A stretch of 32,000 bases of DNA from Candidatus Korarchaeum cryptofilum OPF8 (GTDB lineage: Archaea; Korarchaeota; Korarchaeia; Korarchaeales; Korarchaeaceae), in NCBI RefSeq assembly GCF_000019605.1, contig NC_010482.1:810001-842000 (forward strand), given 5' to 3'. Numbering within the stretch: position 1 is the first letter of the stretch; each line of letters starts with the position of its first letter. Positions 26,250-32,000 of the stretch are shown here, piece by piece. Both the position numbers and the translations under genes were made by a program. The notes under the pieces were generated by a model. The model had not been told where the DNA came from and searched no databases. It worked only from the letters and a program-made list of their open reading frames with translations.

Positions 26250-27614
26250 TTAGGATCTGGATCCCCAACCTGGAGCTGGGAGTACGGGTTCAACGGGTGC
26301 GAAATTCAATGGCCAGACCACTCTGAACTTCCCTCCCAATATCTGGGCCATCGCAACGGCAGCCTCTGGGTTCTGGTGATTCGGAGCTCTTGTGAAATCG
26401 ACTCCCCAAGGCATCAGGGGCAGCTCACCGGCTGGTATCTTCAGGCTCTCCAGGGCATCCCTTATAGCTTTCCTGAAGTTTACGAGATCATTCGGATCAG
26501 CTCCCGAGTCCAGGGCCTTCTGTATAGCGACAGCTAGCACATAAGTACCGACGTAATTGAGAGCAGTACTTCCCACCATGCTCCTCCCATGTATCTTCTT
26601 GAAATCCTCATCTATCCAAGCCCATTTAGCCAAGCTCTTTGACGTCAGGAAGTCGGGTTGCCATTCAGTTTGAGTGAAGACGTAATTGGCATCTCCCTTG
26701 AGCTGATCTATGAATTCCACCCTCGTCTGTCCTCCTGCTCCAGCCCCTATGTAGGCCTTGGGATACCATCCCAGCTTCTTCATCGTCTGAACGAAGAGCA
26801 CAGCATCCTTGAGGTAAGCTACGTGAAATACGACATCCGGATTCGCGGCCTTGAGTTTCGCGACCATATCGTCCATACTAGTTACCTGCTCGGCTGGGTA
26901 GCTCTCTTCATACACGACCTTAGCGTCGGGGAAGAATTTGTTGAGGAAATTCTTGAGACCATTGATTGTGAATACTCCGAAGTCGGAGTTCTCGTATATA
27001 TAAGCTACCGTCTTTATCTCGACACCCTTGGCCTTCGCCATATCGGATAGAGCCCAGAGGGTATCGTAAGCATATTTGCTGGCGTTTGCGCATGTCCTGA
27101 AGACATATTTCCATCCTTGAGCCGTTATCCTATCGGCAACTGCCTCTGGCACGACGTAAGGTAGGCCTATCTTCTCGGCCTCGCCTGCCGTAGGATAAGT
27201 CACTGCTGAGTTGTAAGCCCCCAAGATCGCGACCACGCCCTCTTGATTGAGCCTCCTGAGTTCAGTCACTCCTACATCCTGTTTAGTCTGAGTATCAGCT
27301 ATCACTAGCTTTATCTTGAACTTTATGTTCTCATACTTACTCTGATTTATGTGTAATGCGGCTAACTGTATCCCCCTGAGATCTTCCTGCCCATCGAAAG
27401 CTGAGCCGCCCGAAAGTGGGAGGAGGACTCCTACCTTCACCACGATCTCCTTAGCTGGAGGAGTCGTTACAGTTGGTACTGTGGCCGTTTGCGTAACGGT
27501 TTGTGTGACCGTTTGAGTGACTGTCTTCGCAGCCCCAGGGCCAGCGGCGAAATAGCCGATCGCCAGCCCGACTATGAGAAGGACGATTCCCAATATCCAT
27601 GCGGTCCTATCCAT
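26250..27614 (-). CDS. livJ: Liv-type (type I periplasmic-binding fold) amino acid substrate-binding protein with an N-terminal membrane anchor and a Thr-rich linker
   Basis: The order is a TM helix (WILGIVLLIVGLAIGYFAA), then (TVTQ)x3-TATVPTVTTPP, then an SBP core (KVGVLLPLSGG...). It is the first gene of the livJHMGF operon. Confidence 0.85.
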   Translation of the reverse strand: MDRTAWILGIVLLIVGLAIGYFAAGPGAAKTVTQTVTQTVTQTATVPTVTTPPAKEIVVKVGVLLPLSGGSAFDGQEDLRGIQLAALHINQSKYENIKFKIKLVIADTQTKQDVGVTELRRLNQEGVVAILGAYNSAVTYPTAGEAEKIGLPYVVPEAVADRITAQGWKYVFRTCANASKYAYDTLWALSDMAKAKGVEIKTVAYIYENSDFGVFTINGLKNFLNKFFPDAKVVYEESYPAEQVTSMDDMVAKLKAANPDVVFHVAYLKDAVLFVQTMKKLGWYPKAYIGAGAGGQTRVEFIDQLKGDANYVFTQTEWQPDFLTSKSLAKWAWIDEDFKKIHGRSMVGSTALNYVGTYVLAVAIQKALDSGADPNDLVNFRKAIRDALESLKIPAGELPLMPWGVDFTRAPNHQNPEAAVAMAQILGGKFRVVWPLNFAPVEPVLPAPGWGSRS

Positions 27615-27618
27615 AATG

Positions 27619-27652
27619 GACCCCGGGGGGTCGGCTCTTAATTAATATAAAG
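27619..27652 (-). promoter_or_regulatory. liv operon core promoter with a GC inverted repeat between TATA and ATG
   Basis: On the minus strand, CTTTATATTAATTAA (27638-27652) lies about 32 nt upstream of ATG 27614. GACCCC-GG-GGGGTC (27619-27632) sits between them. Confidence 0.45.
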
Positions 27653-27694
27653 TTATCGTGCAAGATCCTGTGATGAGATTTTCGTCGCATATCT

Positions 27695-27731
27695 GTTAAA
27701 AATTTTTGTTAAAAATTTTTCAGTAAAAATT
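27695..27731. repeat. Tandem 13-nt A/T repeat GTTAAAAATTTTT x2 plus a partial third copy
   Basis: Identical copies lie at 27695-27707 and 27708-27720, followed by CAGTAAAAATT (27721-27731). The core AAAAATTTTT is itself palindromic. Confidence 0.8.
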
Positions 27732-27761
27732 AGAATCTTCTCTCCAAAAAATGTTATATTA

Positions 27762-27781
27762 TTTCCTTAATAAAAAGGAAA
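27762..27781 (-). terminator. Hairpin plus T-tracts downstream of the aminotransferase gene
   Basis: TTTCCTT (27762-27768) and AAGGAAA (27775-27781) form a 7-bp stem with a 6-nt loop, starting 11 nt after the stop (27792-27794). On the minus strand it is flanked by several T5 runs. Confidence 0.4.
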
Positions 27782-27791
27782 CTGGTAAAAA

Positions 27792-29096
27792 TTATCTTTT
27801 TATAGCCTTTAAGGATTCATCTATTGCATTTATTGCAACATCTATCTGCTCCCGCGTTATCACTAGCGGGGGATTTATCCTCACTCTGGAGCCCGTCCAC
27901 CCTGGAGGCCCTATTATAACTCCTCTTTTCCTCAACTCAGACCTGAATTTCACCGTCTCCTCGACAGCAGGTTCCTTAGTCTTCCTATCCTTGACTAGCT
28001 CCATCCCTATCAGGAGACCCTTCCCATCCACCTCCCCTATGATCTCATGCTTGTCCATGAGCTCCCTCAACCTCTTCAGCATGTACTCCCCATCCCTCGC
28101 CGCTTTCTCAACTAGCTTCTCCTCCTCTATGACGCTTATCGCTGCTAAAGCTGCTGCCATCGCGAGAGGATTGCCACCGTATGTGGAGTAGTGATCTAGG
28201 GGCTTGAAAGATGTCCCAACCTCCTCAGTGGCTATGGCTGCAGCTACCGGGAATCCACCGCCCAGAGCCTTGGCCATGGTCATTATATCCGGCTCAACAC
28301 CGAAGTGTTCTATTGCAAACATCTTCCCAGTTCTACCGAATCCCGTTATGACTTCATCGGCTATGAACAATATATCGTACTGATTTAAGATGTTCTTGAC
28401 CACTTTGAAGTAATCAGCTGGCGGTACTATGTTCCCAGCGGTCCCCTGAATCGGTTCCGCTATGAAAGCAGCTACATCCTCAGGTGCAGCGTATTTCAGG
28501 GCATCGTCCACCATCCTAGCGCATTGCAAGTTGCATGAAGGATACTCCAAGCCCAGAGGGCAGCGGTAACAGTAGTAATTCGGGATATGGAAGACGCCAT
28601 ATGGGAACGCACCCATCCCCTTCTTATACTTCGAGAAGCCCGTTAACGTTCTGGGCATGTGAGTCCTGCCGTGGAACGCCATCCATAGAGCCATTATCCC
28701 TGGCCTGCTCTTAGCCCTCTTAGCTAGCAATATTGCTGTCTCAACTGCTTCAGCACCTGAGTTCACGAAGAAGCTCCTCTTCAGCTTACCCGGTGTTATT
28801 TCAGCCAGTTTCTTAGCGAGCAGAGCTTGAGGCTCGTTGTAGAAATCTGTAGCGACTACGAAGATCTTCTCGAGCTGTTCCTTAACAGCATTTATTATCT
28901 TAGGATGGGAGTAACCTTGGGATGCGACCGCATGCATAGCATGGAGATCTATGTACTCCCTCCCATCCACATCCTTTATTATCGCTCCTTTCCCGGATTC
29001 AACGACTATGGGGTCGTCTTCCCACCATCTGGCCACGTTAGTCATCATATAATTGTTGGATAACTCCACTATCTCCCTCTTGGATAACCTGCCCAT
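27792..29096 (-). CDS. Class-III PLP-dependent enzyme (GABA/ornithine aminotransferase-like; substrate unresolved and it could be an amino-acid racemase)
   Basis: Motifs NSGAEAVETA, FIADEVITGFGRTGKMF and PLP-Lys context MTMAKALGGGFP. TATA-like box lies at 29118-29138 (minus strand), about 32 nt upstream of the ATG. Confidence 0.85.
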   Translation of the reverse strand: MGRLSKREIVELSNNYMMTNVARWWEDDPIVVESGKGAIIKDVDGREYIDLHAMHAVASQGYSHPKIINAVKEQLEKIFVVATDFYNEPQALLAKKLAEITPGKLKRSFFVNSGAEAVETAILLAKRAKSRPGIMALWMAFHGRTHMPRTLTGFSKYKKGMGAFPYGVFHIPNYYCYRCPLGLEYPSCNLQCARMVDDALKYAAPEDVAAFIAEPIQGTAGNIVPPADYFKVVKNILNQYDILFIADEVITGFGRTGKMFAIEHFGVEPDIMTMAKALGGGFPVAAAIATEEVGTSFKPLDHYSTYGGNPLAMAAALAAISVIEEEKLVEKAARDGEYMLKRLRELMDKHEIIGEVDGKGLLIGMELVKDRKTKEPAVEETVKFRSELRKRGVIIGPPGWTGSRVRINPPLVITREQIDVAINAIDESLKAIKR

Positions 29097-29234
29097 AAGG
29101 ACCCGCGGAGCTGTCTCGCTTTATTTTTTAAACTTTTAGCGTGAAGGGGGCCGAGCTTCTTGAAATAAATTTTACGAAAAAATAGAAATTATCAATAAAA
29201 TTAATTAGAATATCCGGGGATTCTTTGCCCATCA

Positions 29235-30695
29235 TCAGCCCATCTTAGGCTTGAATTTCATCGCGGATGGGCAGATAGCCAATCCTCCCATTGCTGTGCA
29301 TCTCAGCTCCCATGCCATCATCTTCCCGACTGAGTAGATAGCATCGACTGTCTCATCGAAGGGTATGGGGTTCTCATATCCCCCTATTATCAGATCGGCA
29401 TTGACGAATGCTGAGGAAGCTGCTATAGCGTTCCTAGTATGGCAGGGCACCTCTACGAATCCTCCCACTGGATCGCAGACCATTCCGACTATATTCTGAA
29501 GGGAGATAGCCGCAGCATCGAGAGCTTGTCTGCAGGATCCATTGAAAGCCTCTACTACCATAGCCGATGCCATTGCACCCGCTGCCCCTATCTCCACCTG
29601 GCACCCAGCTTCCTCGGCAGCAAAGGTAGCTCTCTTCCCGATTATTAGACCTGCAACACCAGCTGCGAAGAGAGATCTAGCTATCTCCTCCTCCGATAGT
29701 CCGAATTCCTCCTCTAGAGTTGCTGATACTCCCGGGATTGTGCCGGAAGCCCCTCCAGTCGGGGCAGCTACAACTAAAGCGTTGGAATTGCAAGCGTGCA
29801 TTACGGCCATCGATAGAGCTGCAGCTTTAGTATGAGGACCTCCTACAGCTAGCTCACCCCTCTCGAGCTTCCTCAAGATGGAGCTAGCTGAGGGCTTCAG
29901 CACCTTCAAGCTCAGTTCACCCCTCAGCCCCTCCTCTATCGCTCTCTTCATTATCCTGTACCTCTCGATCATCATCCTGAGCACATCCCCCTCGCTCATC
30001 CCGAGGAGCTCTGCTTCATAGCGTAATCCCGCTTCCCCTAAGCTGATACCTTCCCTCTCGCAGAACCTCTCTACCTCAGATCCGCTTGAAAATATCTCCT
30101 CACCTTTCATTGGCAGGAATATGGGCTCTATAATTCTCTCGCTCTCTATGGGGAGGGGCTCTGCGCTCTTGACTATCCAGATCCTCCTTCCCCCCGATTC
30201 GAAGGAATGAGAGGCTCCCTCAGGCTCTCTCTCTACCAGATAGATGTACTCCTCCCCAGTCAACCTGACCGGGCTGCCGTTAAGCTCGAGGAACTCGAAC
30301 ATCCCCCCTCCTATGGACCTAGCCCTAGCCACTAGCTCCCTCTCCCTGCCCCTCATCTCTATGACCACTTCATTCGGATGGGCCCCCTCACCTAGGTCGG
30401 ATAGGGAGAACTCTACCTTCACCCCGAGCTCTTCAGCTAACTCTATGGACCTCTTGAACCTCTCATCCGCTAAATCCAATCCCAATAAGCCTGTGACGAA
30501 AGCGAGATCGCTGGCTTCCTGCCTATAGACCCTAGCGTAGGAGCCCTTAACATCGAATATTATCCTAGCCTCTAAGAGGTCATCTGAGAGCAGGGCCCTA
30601 GCTAACTTCCCGATGAAGTAAGATGCCCCGGTGTGGGAGCTAGAGGGCCCCCTTATCACAGGGCCTATGACGTGATTGAGGATGCTCAGCTTCAT
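29235..30695 (-). CDS. sdaA: Iron-sulfur L-serine dehydratase, single polypeptide with beta-type N-terminal and alpha-type C-terminal domains
   Basis: N-terminal GPVIRGPSSSHTGA. C-terminal alpha-domain motifs AAPTGGASGTIPG, GCQVEIGAAGAMA and MVCDPVGGFVEVPCHTRNA (cluster cysteines). Confidence 0.8.
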   Translation of the reverse strand: MKLSILNHVIGPVIRGPSSSHTGASYFIGKLARALLSDDLLEARIIFDVKGSYARVYRQEASDLAFVTGLLGLDLADERFKRSIELAEELGVKVEFSLSDLGEGAHPNEVVIEMRGRERELVARARSIGGGMFEFLELNGSPVRLTGEEYIYLVEREPEGASHSFESGGRRIWIVKSAEPLPIESERIIEPIFLPMKGEEIFSSGSEVERFCEREGISLGEAGLRYEAELLGMSEGDVLRMMIERYRIMKRAIEEGLRGELSLKVLKPSASSILRKLERGELAVGGPHTKAAALSMAVMHACNSNALVVAAPTGGASGTIPGVSATLEEEFGLSEEEIARSLFAAGVAGLIIGKRATFAAEEAGCQVEIGAAGAMASAMVVEAFNGSCRQALDAAAISLQNIVGMVCDPVGGFVEVPCHTRNAIAASSAFVNADLIIGGYENPIPFDETVDAIYSVGKMMAWELRCTAMGGLAICPSAMKFKPKMG

Positions 30696-30780
30696 AAGGG
30701 CTCATGTCACTCCAGCTAAAATGCTTTTCTCACCCTATATGATAGAAAGAGTTTTATTGGGCTCTCTAATCCACAGCCCC

Positions 30781-31620
30781 ATGAGGCTCCCTGAGGAACT
30801 CCTCGAGAGGGCAAGGGATATACATTCTGAGGCCCCTTCCCACAGGATAAAGCTAGATAGAGTTGGAAGCTTCGGTTTAAAAGTCCCGGTCGAGTTCAAG
30901 GGCTTCCTCTTACTCGCTGAAGCTGATGTCTGGGTGAGCTTACCCGAGGGGAGGAGGGGCGTCGACCTGAGCAGGCAGGTTGAAGCTATATATGAGCTCT
31001 CAAATCCCCCAAAAGATCCTTTCAGCCTCTGCAGGGAAGCTGCAATCTCTCTTTTGGAGAAGCTGAATTACGCTGATTCCTCCGGCGTCTCCATAAGGTT
31101 CGATGCCCCCCTCCAGGACGGTGAGTCCCTGAAGTATTACGGAGTTGAGATAAGCTCTATAGCTTCTGATGAAATCATAAATAAGATTAGAGTTGAAATT
31201 CTTGGAATGACAGCCTGCCCATGCACTGCTGAGCTCATAAGGGCTTACAAGAGTTCGGAGATTGCTGCAACTCACACTCAGAGGAGCTTGGGTATATTGG
31301 AGGTGAGCACTAAGGCTGAGCATCCGGATCCCGATAAGCTAGCTAGCATAATAGAGAGAGCAATGAGCTCCCCGCTCAGGACTTATACGAAGAGGCCCGA
31401 TGAAGGGGGCCTGGTGATCCGATCCCTGAGCAACGCTAGGCTAGCTGAGGACGTAGTGAGGGAGATGATACACCTCTTCCTGGAGGAGTTCGGGCACCTG
31501 CCTGAGGATACACATATACTAGCTGCCGTCAGGAGTATGGAGAGCGTCCACATGCACGATATATACGCTGAGAGGTCCTTCAGTTTGGATGAGATTAGGA
31601 AAGAGATATCATCCCACTAA
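30781..31620 (+). CDS. mptA: GTP cyclohydrolase MptA / FolE2 family (type IB/IV)
   Basis: IKLDRVGSFGLKVPV and GMTACPC motifs of the COG1469 family. The track start TTG 30676 would overlap the divergent sdaA start. ATG 30781 lies about 25 nt downstream of AGTTTTATTGG (30750-30760). ATG 30721 and 30739 remain possible. Confidence 0.75.
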   Translation: MRLPEELLERARDIHSEAPSHRIKLDRVGSFGLKVPVEFKGFLLLAEADVWVSLPEGRRGVDLSRQVEAIYELSNPPKDPFSLCREAAISLLEKLNYADSSGVSIRFDAPLQDGESLKYYGVEISSIASDEIINKIRVEILGMTACPCTAELIRAYKSSEIAATHTQRSLGILEVSTKAEHPDPDKLASIIERAMSSPLRTYTKRPDEGGLVIRSLSNARLAEDVVREMIHLFLEEFGHLPEDTHILAAVRSMESVHMHDIYAERSFSLDEIRKEISSH

Positions 31621-32000
31621 ATTGGATAATGCATCCCTGACCTCTCCGAAGTCTTTCGAAAGGCTCCCTCCTATCTTCGAGTTCAGATCCATCTTCTCAA
31701 TAAGCCTCCTCAGTTGCTTCAAGTTCCCTATTATGACTAAATCCACCCTCTCCTCCCCGAAAACTATGGAGCTAGACGGCAGTGCAGCCTCCCCTCCTGA
31801 TGCCAGCATCTCCTGCTTCACGACTAAAGCCACCGGGTTCCTGACTCCCCTCATGTATATTATTCTCATCTCAGCTTTATCAGACATCCTTTTTGCTCCC
31901 TGAGGATGCGAGCCTATTTCGATGAAGAAGTCCTCCATGTCCTCAGCCCTCAGATCGAAACTGAATTGATAGGCCTCCACATCCCCTACTCTCACCTGAT
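31609..32000 (-). CDS. Hypothetical protein, probably truncated by the window edge; possibly related to the accessory domain fused to some dihydropteroate synthases
   Basis: The frame is open to position 32000. The motif VVKQEMLASGGEAALPSS...VIIGNLKQLRRLIEKM resembles, from memory only, the small domain found N-terminal to some FolP proteins. It overlaps the mptA 3' end convergently by 12 nt. Confidence 0.35.
   Translation of the reverse strand, partial: QVRVGDVEAYQFSFDLRAEDMEDFFIEIGSHPQGAKRMSDKAEMRIIYMRGVRNPVALVVKQEMLASGGEAALPSSSIVFGEERVDLVIIGNLKQLRRLIEKMDLNSKIGGSLSKDFGEVRDALSNLVG

Noticed and set aside
837-31323. Many 60-130-aa ORFs in the six-frame track that lie inside or antisense to the long genes, for example 837..1166, 1428..1736, 2525..2869, 3480..3677, 4302..4565, 5019..5396, 6348..6614, 7089..7280, 8214..8441, 9663..10049, 11583..11957, 12095..12475, 14245..14568, 16018..16230, 17022..17342, 23699..24276, 24366..24665, 24981..25229, 25870..26160, 26658..27050, 27751..28191, 29542..29835 and 31000..31323.
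   Set aside because: Each is fully embedded in a longer ORF that carries clear family motifs. Their translations are Ser/Pro/Leu-rich and low-complexity, as expected from the alternative or antisense frames of AGG/GAG-rich coding DNA. None has its own TATA or Shine-Dalgarno signal.
1-32000. Mobile genetic element, prophage or integrated plasmid boundaries.
   Set aside because: I recognised no integrase, transposase or phage structural motifs, no tRNA attachment site and no long terminal direct or inverted repeats. Apart from the 8503-8943 spacer, codon usage looks uniform across the window.

Overview
This looks like a densely coding (about 90%) chromosomal segment from an archaeon. The evidence is A/T-rich TATA/BRE-like boxes 25-40 nt upstream of operon-leading start codons, GGTGAT/GAGGTG Shine-Dalgarno matches before internal genes, strong AGG/AGA (Arg) and ATA (Ile) codon preference, a ribosomal protein eL13, a LysW carrier-protein pathway and an MptA-type GTP cyclohydrolase. 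My guess is a thermophilic TACK/Thermoproteota- or Korarchaeia-like organism, which I cannot verify without a database search.

Contents in order:
- The 3' half of a Liv-type ABC permease pair.
- A proline-racemase-superfamily enzyme whose catalytic dyad reads Cys/Thr.
- An APC amino-acid permease.
- A translationally coupled metallophosphoesterase plus nucleotidyltransferase-fold pair.
- An MFS transporter.
- An acylphosphatase-like domain fused to a heptad-repeat coiled coil.
- A 441-bp spacer with no convincing gene.
- A complete lysY-lysZ-lysW-lysX-lysJ-lysK cluster with an internal palindromic promoter region.
- A radical SAM (SplB-like) protein, eL13, a standalone ATP-cone protein, nicotinamidase and an orphan pstS.
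- A divergent AbrB-PhoU regulator, an SDR, TerC and an S9 peptidase.
- A full livJHMGF operon, a class-III PLP enzyme, a fused Fe-S L-serine dehydratase and MptA.
- A partial ORF at the window edge.

I found no rRNA, tRNA, CRISPR array, transposase or integrase. The overall theme is amino-acid and peptide uptake and catabolism next to Lys/Arg biosynthesis. I see no unmistakable new system. The best candidates for follow-up are the phosphoesterase/NTase-fold operon, the acylphosphatase-coiled-coil fusion, the lysW operator-like palindromes, the pstS/phoU intergenic palindromes and the Cys/Thr proline-racemase homolog. All family assignments rest on motifs recognised by eye in the translations; no searches were run.
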